Origin: an uncultured delta proteobacterium
GTDB lineage: Bacteria; Myxococcota; Myxococcia; Myxococcales; Myxococcaceae
Assembly (NCBI GenBank): GCA_963771175.1
Contig: CAVYSY010000035.1
Location: 35,482-99,481 of the forward strand
Direction of reading: 5' to 3'
Length of the DNA stretch: 64,000 nucleotides
This document shows, piece after piece, positions 45,001 to 55,111 of the stretch. The translations under genes and the position numbers were made by a program. Each line of letters opens with the position of its first letter. Position 1 is the first letter of the stretch. The notes beneath the pieces were generated by a model, which saw nothing but the letters and a program-made list of their open reading frames with translations, was not told where the DNA came from and made no database searches.

Positions 45001-48000
45001 CGCCCGGACGCCACGTACGTCATCAGCGGGGGCCAGGGTGCACTGGGGAAGGTGGCGGCCCGGCTGCTGGTGGAGCGAGGAGCCACGCACGTCCTGCTCC
45101 TGTCCCGGACGGCAGCGGCACCGGTGACACCGGAGTGGGTGGCGCTGCAAGCGAAGGCGCGGGTGGAGAGCCTGTCGTGCGACGTGTCAAGGCTGGAGAG
45201 CGTGCGCGGGGCGAGGCAGTGGCTGGAGGAAGCAGGCTGGCCCGTGGTGGGAGGAGTGGTGCACGCGGCGGGAGTGTTGAGCGACGGCACCATCCCGAAC
45301 CAGTCGGCGGAGAAGCTAAGGCTGGCCTACGGGGCGAAGGTGCACGGCGCGAGGAACCTGAGGGAGGTGTTCGCACCGCCGGACTTCCTGGTGCTGTTCT
45401 CCTCTGCGGCGGCGGTCTTCGGTTCCTCGGGGCAGGGCAGCTACGCGGCGGCGAACGCGACGCTGGACGCGCTGGCGCGGAAGTGGTCGGCGGCGGGAGA
45501 GGCGGTGCTGTCGGTGCAGTGGGGTGCATGGTCCGACGGCGGCATGGCGGCGCGGCACGACGCGTTCAAGCGAGCCGAGGCAGGTGGCTTCGGAAGCATC
45601 AGCGACGCGTTGGGAATGGCGGCACTCGAAGAGTTGCTGGCGGCAGGCAAGCGGGGAACGGTCTGCGTCTCCCCGATTGACTGGAGCCGGCTGCCAGCTG
45701 GAGCAGCCGCTCATCTCCCGCCTCCGCCCCAAGCAAGGCGTGAGCGCGTCGCAGCCGCAGGCCGGGCCTTCCGCCAGCCACGTCGTAGCGGAGGACCTGC
45801 TCGCGATGGTCCGGCAGGCCGCCGCTGAATCCATCGGCAAGCCCGTCGCGGACGATGCCTCCCTCCTGGACAGCGGGCTGGATTCGCTCGGCAGCGTGTC
45901 GCTGCGCAACCGCATCGCCTCGCGCCTGAACGTCGAGCTGTCGGCCGCCTTCGTGTTCGAGTTCCCGAGCGTGAACGCGATGGTCCGGCACCTGGCGACC
46001 CTGGCTCCCCGCGCCGCTGCCCGTCCGGTGTCCACGCCGACGCGGACCCACCTGCCCGTGCTCGTGATTGGCGCGGGCGTGGGCGGGCTCAGCTTCGCCA
46101 GGAAGCTGGAGAATGCGGGCACGTCCGTGGTCGTGATGGACGCGGCCGCGCACGTCGGCGGCGTCTGGCAGACGCTCGCCAATGCCTCGTCGAAGTTGCA
46201 GATCGACTCACCTGCCTACGACTTCGACAGCACGGCGATGCCGTCCCCGGGCGATCACAGCTGGAAGACCAGCTTCCCCTCGCAGCAGGAGATCCTGGCC
46301 GGTTGTCAGGGCACGGCGGAGGGCCTGCTCGGTCCCGTGTATCTGGAGTCGCGCGTCCAGAACGTGCGCAAGGTCGCTGACTCCGAATACGAGGTCACCT
46401 ACCAGCGCGCTGGACGGACGCAGCGGATGCGGGTCTCCGGCGTGGCCGCCATGACGGGCGGTCTGCACCGCCCTCGGCGTCACACGTTCCCAGGGGAGGA
46501 CGTATTCGGCGGGCACATCGGGCTCGGCATCGCCAACGACACGCCGCTCGAGGCCTTCCGCGGCGCCTCCGTGGTGATCGTGGGACACGGCGCCTTCGCC
46601 GTGGAGAACATGCGCACCGCCCTGGAGAACGGCGCCCGGCACGTGACCCTGCTGTGCCGTCAGCGGCACATGGTGCTCTCCACGTTCTGCAACTGGCTGC
46701 TCAATTCGAGCAAGGGCGTGATGCCCGTGTCCGACGTGGTGGACGTCATGCGCCCCTTCTACGCGGCGTGTGGCGTCGATGTGCAGGACCTGCACTCGCT
46801 GGCACGGGACACGACGGGCGAGTGGACGCTGGACCAGGCGACGGTGCCAGCTGGCTCCGACCTCTACTTCCTGGCCCAGATGATGGGCAAGCTGCGCATC
46901 GTCGTCGGAGAGACGTCCCACCTCACCGCCAACACGGTGGTGACCCGGGACGGTGAAGCGCTTGAGGCCGACATCTTCCTCAAGTGCCTGGGCTCGCACA
47001 CCGACGACTCGGTGCTGCTGGGACTCTTCGGCGAGGGCAGCCGGGTGCAGGGGCTCTGGATCAACGGCGACCCCAACCTCATCACGTACAACGATGGCGC
47101 GCAGGCGCCGCGCAAGGTCAAGTCGTTGATGTGCGCCAGCTACGCGTTCTTCGTGCAGGTCTTCGCGCCGGCCTACCTGCACTTCCGCGAGGACCGTGAC
47201 GCCCATGCACGCGCCCTGGCCCGCATCACCGCCGCGTCCCCGACGACCACCGACGCCGAGCGCGTGCTCCTCGAGCTGTGGGACTTCCTGGAGCCCTCCA
47301 AGCGCGTGTTGTCCGAACGCACCCTGGAGCTCCTCCCGTTCGACCGCTTCCAGGTCGAGCGTGAAGCGGAGTGGGCGCGCTACTGCCGGATGCTGGGGGG
47401 CACCGGAGAGGAGGGCCACGCGCTGTGGCGGCTCCTACGCCCGACGCTGGCGCTCGTGCATCGCCGCAACCCGCAGGCGCCCGTCGAGCTGCGCAGCCAC
47501 CATCCGCTGCTGGGCTCGCTGTCCGTGTTCGTACCGCGCCGCCCCCGGGTGCTGTTCCTGCCGGGACAGGGGACCAACGCGCGTCTTGCCCGCAGCCTGC
47601 TGGAGCGGACCGGATGGATCGACCGTTCGCACCTGGACTTCGTCGTGCCGGACGCGCCGTACGAAATGCCTGCCTTCACCAACGAGGTGCAGCTGGAGCA
47701 GATTGGACTGAGCCAACTGGTGAGCGTCGGGCTTTACGACAAGACGGCGCGCTACCGTGAATGGCGCGCCGGCTTCGAGGCGCTCTACCAGCGGCACCAC
47801 CACGGCACCGCGTTCGAGGTGACCGCCGAGGTCCGCGAGCAGTGGCGGGTGACCCTGGCGTACCTGCGCGAAGTCGTGCAGCGCCACGGACCGTTCGACG
47901 GCATCGCCGGCTTCTGCGAGGGCGCCGCGGTGGCTTCGGTGGCGCTGCACCTGCAGGCGCGCGGCGAGGACCAGGGGCTCGGCTCGGTTCGCTTCTTCGT

Positions 48001-48274
48001 GGCCATGTCCCCGTGGCGCTCGCCGATGCACCAGCAGGAGGGCATGTTCCGCCCGGACCAGCCGCTCCAACTGCCCATGCTCCAGATCGTCGGAGAGAAC
48101 GACATGGACGTGTTCCTGGGCGCGGCCCCGCACTTCTTCTCGGACTACGCGGGCGCCAGCGAGTTCCGCCACGCGGGGCAGCACGTCTATCCCCCGTTCA
48201 CCCCCGGCCTGGAGGCCAGGCTGCGCGAGTTGATCAGCGTGAGCAGCGAGGGAGGGCGCCGGGCCGCGACCTGA
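26628..48274 (+). CDS. Hybrid NRPS-PKS megasynthase, probably one ORF broken by single-base indels: ACP-Cy-A-PCP-KS-AT-KR-ACP-TE-KS-DH-KR-ACP-KS-DH-KR-ACP-KS-AT-KR-ACP-FMO-FSH1
   Basis: ORFs 26562, 26786, 28641, 32602, 34397, 43480 and 45524 overlap and mostly switch frame mid-domain (about 26772, 28675, 32585, 34392, 43472, 45695); all catalytic motifs readable. Confidence 0.85.
30075..34555 (+). other. PKS module 1 (KS-AT-KR-ACP) plus internal thioesterase
   Basis: DTACSSS/HGTGT/KSNIGH; GHSVG and HAFH (malonyl); GGQGALG, SYAAAN; GFSSL; TE GLSFG, MLDP, DGHHF. Confidence 0.85.
34590..38310 (+). other. PKS module 2 (KS-DH-KR-ACP), no AT
   Basis: KS end GTNAHVVLE is followed within about 30 aa by the DH ([26 protein letters not shown]); KR; GLDSL. 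Confidence 0.88.
38360..42085 (+). other. PKS module 3 (KS-DH-KR-ACP), no AT; duplicate of module 2
   Basis: Same motifs; KR-ACP offset by 3774 nt and nearly identical in DNA. Confidence 0.88.
42147..46000 (+). other. PKS module 4 (KS-AT-KR-ACP)
   Basis: KS motifs intact; FTGQG, GHSVG, HAFH; KR; GLDSL. Confidence 0.87.
46055..48274 (+). other. Terminal flavin monooxygenase-like domain and FSH1/LovG-like hydrolase
   Basis: [23 protein letters not shown]; then [32 protein letters not shown]. Confidence 0.75.
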
Positions 48275-48283
48275 GCCCGGCTC

Positions 48284-48823
48284 TCACGCCGCGAGAAGCT
48301 GGCGCACCCGGGCCGCGCCAGCGCCGCCGTCGAGTGGCAGCGGCAGGAAGTACTGCAGCTGCCACTTCTGCGTGCGGACCGCTTCCGGCACCACCGGTTG
48401 GGACCAGGGGGGATAGACGCGGATGGCCCGCTTGCCCCCCTTGTGGGCACGCGACATGACGCCCTTCTCCACCAGGGTCTTCTGGGGGAACACGAACTGT
48501 CCGCGGTGGGTCGCATCGCCCACGCTCACCACGACGAGCGCCACGCCGTCGTCGCTGTCGAGCGGGGCGATCTCCGCATCCGGCGTCGGCCGCTTCCAGA
48601 GCGTCACGAACTGCCCGACCTTGGTCGGCGTCGTCTTGGCCACGCGGAAGACGACGGTACGGCCGTCGAGCGCGAGGCGGCAGGCGCCATACTCGGCGCT
48701 CTCCGCTTCGCGCACCGCAGGGGTCGTGACGCTCAGCCCGGCCGGCTCGTATGCGTCCCGGATGGCGGTCAGCAGATCGTGTGGGAGATGGCCCGATGCG
48801 GGGTTTGTCGGGTGTGCGCTCAT
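48284..48823 (-). CDS. MepB-family protein
   Basis: ESAEYGA, FRVAKTTPTKVGQFVTLWKR, GQFVFP, GKRAIRVYPPW, TQKWQ. Confidence 0.85.
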   Translation of the reverse strand: MSAHPTNPASGHLPHDLLTAIRDAYEPAGLSVTTPAVREAESAEYGACRLALDGRTVVFRVAKTTPTKVGQFVTLWKRPTPDAEIAPLDSDDGVALVVVSVGDATHRGQFVFPQKTLVEKGVMSRAHKGGKRAIRVYPPWSQPVVPEAVRTQKWQLQYFLPLPLDGGAGAARVRQLLAA

Positions 48824-49172
48824 GCTTGGGGCTCCTCTGGCCATGTCGGTGGCTATTCCTGCAACGTCCTATGGGTCGCTCGCCAATCCGCAGATAAGGG
48901 CTGCAAAGGCCATGGGTGTCAATCGTCCTGCTGCGACTGCGCGAACTGATTGCTCGTGAGGTGAAGGTGACGGTCGGAGACGCGCCTCGCGGTCCGATGG
49001 TCTGGCGTCATTCCCGACGATGCCAGCCTCCGACCGTCCGGGGCCGGGTCGCACGCATGCTCCTCGCCCGAGTGAGGGCGGGAGCCGCACCCCTCCCGAT
49101 GGGGCAATGGGTGGGCCCTGCCCACATCGCTAGCCTTTCCAGCGCAGGGCGAGTGGGGAGGGGGACGGGACG

Positions 49173-50581
49173 ATGTTGGATTTGGGATTCGAGACGATCG
49201 GGAATGCCACGCTCATCTGTCACGACGGTGGGCCGGTGCTGGTGACGGACCCCTGGCTGGACGGGGGCGCGTACTTCGGAAGCTGGACGCTGTCGCACGA
49301 GATCCCGCAGGAGCAGCGCGAGCCATCCGGCGCTGCCAGTACGTGTGGCTGTCGCACGGCCACCCGGATCACCTGAGCGGCGAAGTCGCTGGAGCTGCTG
49401 CACGGACAAGACGTTGCTGCTGCCCAACCACTTCGGCGGCCGCATCCAGGACGACCTGCGCGGCGCAGGGCTTCCAGGTCCAGGTGCTGATGGACCGGGA
49501 GTGGACGCAGCTGTCGCCGCGCATCCGGGTGATGTGCATCCCGGACGTGAACCAGGACGCGGTGCTGCTGGTGGACATCGACGGGCGGCTCGTCGTGAAC
49601 CTCAACGACGCGGGCGACCGGGGCTGGGGCCGCTTCGTGCGCGGAGTCATTCGCGACTACCGGGAGACGTACCTGCTGGCGCTCTCCGGCTACGGCGACG
49701 CGGACATGATCAACTACTTCACCGAGGACGGGAGCGCGCATCCCACCGTACGCGGCGGCGAAGACGCCGGTGGGGCGGACGATCGCCCGGCAGGTCGGAG
49801 TTCTACGGCGTGCGCTACTTCGTGCCCTTCAGCTCCATGCACAAGTACCAGCGCGCGGACAGCATCTGGGCCTCCGAGTACACCACCCAGCTCGAGGACT
49901 ACGCCCGCGGCTTCGCAGTCCGAGGCGTGCAGCTGCTGCCGGCCTTCATCCGGCTACGACTTCGCTCCGGGAGCAGCGCCGAGCCCATCCATCCGAAGGA
50001 GCGCCTCATCCAGCCGGTGGAGCCGAAGGAGTTCGGCGACAACTGGAGCGAGCGGCTGGAACCCGAGGAGGTCCGAGGCCCTGGAGACGCTACTTCCGCC
50101 GCGTCGAGCACCTGGGGCAGGTGCTGGACTTCCTGCGCTTCCGGGTGGGCGGGCAGGAGCACGTCATCACGTTCCGCCCGAACCGCTTCCGCAAGGGCAT
50201 CACCTTCGAGGTGCCACGCCACTCGCTGATGACGGCCGTGCGCTACGAGGTCTTCGATGACCTGCTCATCGGCAACTTCATGAAGACGACCCTGCACGGC
50301 GACTTCGGCGCAGGGACGGCTGTACCCGGACTTCAGCCCCTACGTGGCGAAGTACTCGGACAACGGGAAGGCCCGCGACGCGCAACGAGCTGAAGGAGTA
50401 CTTCGGCGAGTACCGGCGGAGGGATCCGGTGGGCTTCCTGCGCTCGAAGGTGGAGAGCCACTGCCTCCGGCCCCTGCAGACGCAGTCCGCGGAGCTGCTG
50501 CGCACGGTGCTGCGCCCGGATTCCGTGGCCTTTCGGCTGGCCAAGGAGTCCTTCTGGAAAGCGCGGCGCGCGCTGTTCTAG
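49173..50581 (+). CDS. Metallo-beta-lactamase-fold hydrolase (many frameshifts)
   Basis: TIGNAT, LVTDPW, YFGSW, WLSHGHPDH, NLND, VPFSSMH, FDDLLIGNFMK spread across all three frames. Confidence 0.75.
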
Positions 50582-50651
50582 GGGACAAGGGGTAGACGCC
50601 TGAGGAACAAACGTTGGACAGGAGCACAGGGCCCTGTCTGCGAGTTCATGT

Positions 50652-50667
50652 TGGTACTACCCTTGCC
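50652..50667 (+). promoter_or_regulatory. Possible sigma54 promoter
   Basis: TGGTACTACCCTTGCC, GG-N10-GC, just upstream of the GAGGAGG RBS. Confidence 0.45.
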
Positions 50668-50691
50668 TATGGCCGAGGAGGCCCACACCGC

Positions 50692-51174
50692 ATGGCAGGC
50701 AGCAAGATTCGGATCCTGGTCATTGATGACTCCGAGGCCATCCACAAGGACTTCCGACGGATCCTCTGCCCGGAGCAGACGCAGGGCAGCGGTGAGCTCG
50801 ACCTGCTGGAGGATGTGCTCTTCGGCTCGACGCCTGCTCCCAGCCCGAAAGCCGAGACGGAGTTCGAGGTGGACTCGGCTTTCCAGGGGAAGGAGGGGCT
50901 CGCCAAGGTGGAGCAGGCCCAGGCCTCGGGCCGTCCCTACTCGCTGATCTTCCTGGACTACCGGATGCCCCCCGGCTGGAACGGCGTCGAGACGCTGCGG
51001 CACCTGCGCAAGGTGGCGCCCTCGCTGCCGGTGGTGCTCTGCTCGGCCTACTCCGATTACTCCTGGGAGGAGATCGTCCGCGAGTTCGGCCAGTCCCCCC
51101 TGCTGCAGGAGATGCGCAAGCCCTTCTACAGTCAGGAGGTTCGCCAGATGGCGACCCGCTTCCCCCGTCCGTGA
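50692..51174 (+). CDS. Single-domain response regulator (receiver)
   Basis: RILVIDD, FLDYRMPPGWNG, CSAY, RKPF. Confidence 0.9.
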   Translation: MAGSKIRILVIDDSEAIHKDFRRILCPEQTQGSGELDLLEDVLFGSTPAPSPKAETEFEVDSAFQGKEGLAKVEQAQASGRPYSLIFLDYRMPPGWNGVETLRHLRKVAPSLPVVLCSAYSDYSWEEIVREFGQSPLLQEMRKPFYSQEVRQMATRFPRP

Positions 51175-51198
51175 CGAGCGCCGGGGGAGGTCGGCTTC

Positions 51199-51794
51199 TC
51201 AGGCGGCGGAGAGGTGCTCGATGAGCGTCTTGACGCCGATCCCGATCAGGACGACGCCGCCGACGATGTCGAGCTTGCCCTCGAGCGGCTCACCGAATCG
51301 GCGCCCGACGCTCACGCCCAGGAGGCAGAGGGCGAAGGTGACGCCGCCGATGACGGCCGCCGCCGTCACCAGGCGAATCTCCAGCAGGGGCAGGGTCACC
51401 CCCGCGGCGAGCGCGTCGATGCTGGTGGCGAGCGCCATGAGCGTGAGCGTTCCCAGGTGGAAGGGGTTGCGCTCCGGGAGCTTCTCCCCTCCTTCGGCGC
51501 GTCGGGGGCCCCCGGGTGGTGGTGGGTGATGGCCTCGTGGATCATCTTGGCCCCGATACCCCCGAGCAGCACGAAGGTGAGCCAGTGGTCCCAGGTGGTG
51601 ATGTCATCCGCGAACTGATTGCCCAGGGCCCAGCCGATGACGGGCATGACGGCCTGGAAGAGTCCGAACAGGAAGGAGAGCAGGAGGGCATCTCGCGCCC
51701 GGACGCGCGGGGTCGCGAGGGCGCTCGCGATGGAGACGGCCGTGGCATCCATGGCCAGTCCCAACGCGAGCAGCAGCAGGGTCATCAGGGACAT
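51199..51794 (-). CDS. mntP: Manganese efflux pump MntP (frameshift near 51480)
   Basis: GLAMDATAVS, FGLFQAVMP, DHW, LALATSIDALAAG. Confidence 0.88.
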
Positions 51795-51899
51795 GAGGGG
51801 CCTTTTGCCCGATACCCGTGAGGCACGGAAGCGCCATCTTTGGGGAGCACGGCATCGGGGCGATCCCCTATCCTCGCCGCCACCTTGGAGAGAGCACGC

Positions 51900-54800
51900 A
51901 TGCGCGGAGGGGTGCTGGGGGTCGCGGCTGTCACGGGGCTCCTGCTCGCGGTGGGGCTCGTGTTTCACAAGAGCCCTCGTCCCGGGTCCACCCGATCGGA
52001 GTCCCTGTCGGGTTCCGTCGTGCCCGGCTCGCGCCCGGGACACCTTGGCGCCTCGCCCGCGGCCCTTCCGAGTGGCGATTTCCGCATCCGTGGCGTGGTG
52101 CTCGATGACCGTGGCCCGGTCGCTGGCGTGCGTGTCTCCGCGTCGCGGCCCGAAGCGGGACAGACCCTGTCGGAGCTGCCGTGCCCGCCGGACGAGACAG
52201 TCGTCCCGTGGGTCGCCGAGCTCCGGCTCCTTCCCGAGTGCCTGGAGCGAGCCACCCCGCTGATCCTGGAGCTCACGGGCGCACGCGAGGGCGAGGCGCC
52301 CGTCTACGCGGAGTCCATCACGGCTGGAGATGGGACCTTCGTCCTCGAGGGGCTGTCGAGAGGCTCCTTCACGCTCTGGGCCCTGGGGGAGCACGGCGCG
52401 GTGTCGCGGCCCGGCGTGCCCGCGGGGGTGGAGGGCGTGGAATTGCGGCTCGGGGAGGGCCTCACGCTGGAGGGCTCCGTCTTCGGCGGGCAGGTCCCCG
52501 TGCCCGACGCTCGGGTGACGGTGATTCACGCGGGACACACCCGGTTCTTCGATGCGCGCGCTGGCGCGGACGGCCACTTTCGCATCGGCCCGCTTCCGTC
52601 GTCTCGCTACCTGCTCGCCATCCACGCGGAGGGCTGGCTCCCTGGACTCTTCACCTCCGACACGCTGGACGGGCCGGAGTCACGGCTGGTGCTCTTCCGC
52701 CCACATGGACTCACCGGCCGCGTGCTGTCGGGTGGAGCGCCCGCGCCGGACGTCGAGGTGCGCCTGGAGCCTCGGTCCGAGTCGGGGGGCGACACCCGAG
52801 TGGCGAAGACGGACGCGGAGGGCCGCTTCCTCTTCGAGCTCCTGGCCTCCGATCGCTACAGACTCACCGCGGAGGAGGCAGGACGCTCAGCGCTCGCGCA
52901 GCTCGCGCTGGCGGAGGATTCGCCCTGGCCCGAGGTCGTGCTCCACCTGGGCGAAGCGTTCTTCGTGGAGGGCACGGTTTTCGATGACGCGAGACGCCCC
53001 GTGCCCGACGCTCACGTGGGCGCGATCCTCGCGGGGACGCACCTCTGGCCCCAGAGGACGCGCACAGGTCCGGATGGGCGCTATCGGCTCGGCCCAGTGG
53101 AGCCCGGCCTCCATGAGTTCCAGCTCCTCGCGGAGCGGCACCTGCGGGCGTTCGGCCTGGCGCGCGAGCTGGAGGCGGGCTCGGGGCCGGTGGACTTCAC
53201 GCTCGCGCGGGCTGCCTCCGTTCATGGGACGGTGGTCGACACCGACGGGCAGCCCCTTGCGCATATCGGGATCTCCCTCCTGAATCCCGGGCGCCCGAAC
53301 CCGAGGCATGGCAGCACGGCGGCGTATGCCCGCTCCGATGAGGACGGCCGCTTCGTGCTGGACGCCACCAGTCCGGGTCCCTACGTCATCGACATCCAGG
53401 ACGAGTCCGTTCTGCCCGAGCAGCTCGAGGTCCGGGCACCCTCCGAGGGCATCAGGGTGGTCCTGCGCCGGGGAGGCTCGGTGTCGGGAACCTTCACGGA
53501 CGACCAGGGCATCCCGGTCACCCAGGGCTGGGTGGAGCTGTGGGAACTGGGCGGGAAGGGCGGCGCCGTGCGGACGGCGCATGTGGACGAGGTGGGGCAC
53601 TTCCTGCTCCGGGGGCTGGCTCCGGGCCGCTACATGCTGGAGGCGACGCTCCTGGCGGCCAGCGTGGATCGTTCGACCGCGCTCCCCGTCGAGGTGAAGG
53701 ACGGTGAGCAGGTGGAGGTCTCCCCGAGGCTCGAGAAGGGGCGGACCCTGTCCGGGGTGGTCGTGGATGGCGCGGGCCAACCTGTCGCCGGAGCCTTCCT
53801 CCACGCGCTCCCGTCCTCGTCGCCCTCCTGGCGCGGCGAGGACCCGAAGGAAGTGATGGTGGTGAAGGACGTCCCGATGGACGTGCGCTCGGGTCCCGAT
53901 GGACGCTTCACCCTGCACCACCTCGTGGCGGATGCGTATGACGTGTCCGCCCGGAAGGAGGGCTATCAATCGCCGGATGACGCCGTCCTCCGCGTGAGCG
54001 CGGGCACCACGGAGGTCCGCCTCGTCCTGGAGCGCCTGGGGCACATCCGCGGGAGGCTCGTCGACGCGAAGGGCGCCCCCATCACCCGGTTCGAGGTGAA
54101 CGGCGAGTCCCGGAGGGATTCGGGCGGATCCTTCGCCGTGTCCTTCTCCAGTTCCGGTGTCGAGAAGCTCACCCTCTACGCCTCGGGAATGGCGCCGGTG
54201 CAGCGTTCCGTGCCGGTCCGCGAAGGCCTCGACGTGGACCTGGGCGAGCTCCGGATGGGCCCGGGCCGGACGGTGAGGGGCCGGGTCCTGGACGCCGAGA
54301 CGTCCGCGCCCGTGCCCGCGGTCATCCGGTTCACCGACGCGACCTTGGCGTCCACGAGCCCCACCTCGCGTGTCTGGCGCTACATCTTCGCGGGGGAGGA
54401 TGGCTCCTTCGAGCTGTCGAACGTGGAGGACCGGCCCCTCGCGCTCCTGGTGGAGCACGAGGAGTACCTGTCGCGGCGCCTGTCCCTGGATGACCGGACG
54501 GACGAGGTGACCGTGGGGTTGGATGCGGGGGCTCGGGTCGAGGTGCGCGTGCACGATGCCCAGGGCCGACTCATGGGAGCCCAACTCGACTTCGAACGGG
54601 ACGAGGGCGGCGGCAGGGGTGCTTACGTCCCGGACGGCACCGACGTCCTGAGTGGCCTGGAGCCGGGCCACTACACGGTGAGGGTGTCTCCCATCGAGGG
54701 CGACGCCCAGCCCGTCTTCTTCCACCCGCGGCGCGTGCAGGTGCCCGCCAGCGGCCGGGTGTCCCTCACCTTCGAGGCAGAGCCGGGCGGTGCCACCGTG

Positions 54801-55106
54801 AGGCTGGTGGTGAAGGCCGAGCAGCGGGTCCGCAGCGTGTGGCTCCGGCCCGGCGGCACCCTTCCCATCGCGAGCTCTTCCGACCTGGAGCGGGCGCTCA
54901 GTGGTAGTCCGAACGCCTACCCGGAAGGGGAGTCGGACGTGCAGTGGGTGCTCCACCACGTCCCTCCGGGCCGAGCCACGCTCCTCCTCATCTCGGAGGA
55001 GGTGGGGTCACGGATCCACCGCGAGGAGCTGGACATCCCCTCCGAGGGCACCCTGACCCGCGAGGTGCGCCCCGTCTGGCAATCGCTCGACGCCGAAGAG
55101 GACTGA
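51900..55106 (+). CDS. Exported protein with multiple carboxypeptidase-regulatory-like beta-sandwich repeats
   Basis: N-terminal TM; repeated G.V.D..G.PV.GA.V / TD..GRF....L.PG.Y units. Confidence 0.82.
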   Translation: MRGGVLGVAAVTGLLLAVGLVFHKSPRPGSTRSESLSGSVVPGSRPGHLGASPAALPSGDFRIRGVVLDDRGPVAGVRVSASRPEAGQTLSELPCPPDETVVPWVAELRLLPECLERATPLILELTGAREGEAPVYAESITAGDGTFVLEGLSRGSFTLWALGEHGAVSRPGVPAGVEGVELRLGEGLTLEGSVFGGQVPVPDARVTVIHAGHTRFFDARAGADGHFRIGPLPSSRYLLAIHAEGWLPGLFTSDTLDGPESRLVLFRPHGLTGRVLSGGAPAPDVEVRLEPRSESGGDTRVAKTDAEGRFLFELLASDRYRLTAEEAGRSALAQLALAEDSPWPEVVLHLGEAFFVEGTVFDDARRPVPDAHVGAILAGTHLWPQRTRTGPDGRYRLGPVEPGLHEFQLLAERHLRAFGLARELEAGSGPVDFTLARAASVHGTVVDTDGQPLAHIGISLLNPGRPNPRHGSTAAYARSDEDGRFVLDATSPGPYVIDIQDESVLPEQLEVRAPSEGIRVVLRRGGSVSGTFTDDQGIPVTQGWVELWELGGKGGAVRTAHVDEVGHFLLRGLAPGRYMLEATLLAASVDRSTALPVEVKDGEQVEVSPRLEKGRTLSGVVVDGAGQPVAGAFLHALPSSSPSWRGEDPKEVMVVKDVPMDVRSGPDGRFTLHHLVADAYDVSARKEGYQSPDDAVLRVSAGTTEVRLVLERLGHIRGRLVDAKGAPITRFEVNGESRRDSGGSFAVSFSSSGVEKLTLYASGMAPVQRSVPVREGLDVDLGELRMGPGRTVRGRVLDAETSAPVPAVIRFTDATLASTSPTSRVWRYIFAGEDGSFELSNVEDRPLALLVEHEEYLSRRLSLDDRTDEVTVGLDAGARVEVRVHDAQGRLMGAQLDFERDEGGGRGAYVPDGTDVLSGLEPGHYTVRVSPIEGDAQPVFFHPRRVQVPASGRVSLTFEAEPGGATVRLVVKAEQRVRSVWLRPGGTLPIASSSDLERALSGSPNAYPEGESDVQWVLHHVPPGRATLLLISEEVGSRIHREELDIPSEGTLTREVRPVWQSLDAEED

Positions 55107-55111
55107 CCTGC

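Larger units (their letters stand above)
32455..45690 (+). repeat. Four near-identical ~1.1 kb KR cassettes (about 32455-33590, 36850-37985, 40624-41760, 44556-45690)
   Basis: Identical DNA runs, and identical antisense ORFs recur at 32921/37317/41091/45023. Confidence 0.92.
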
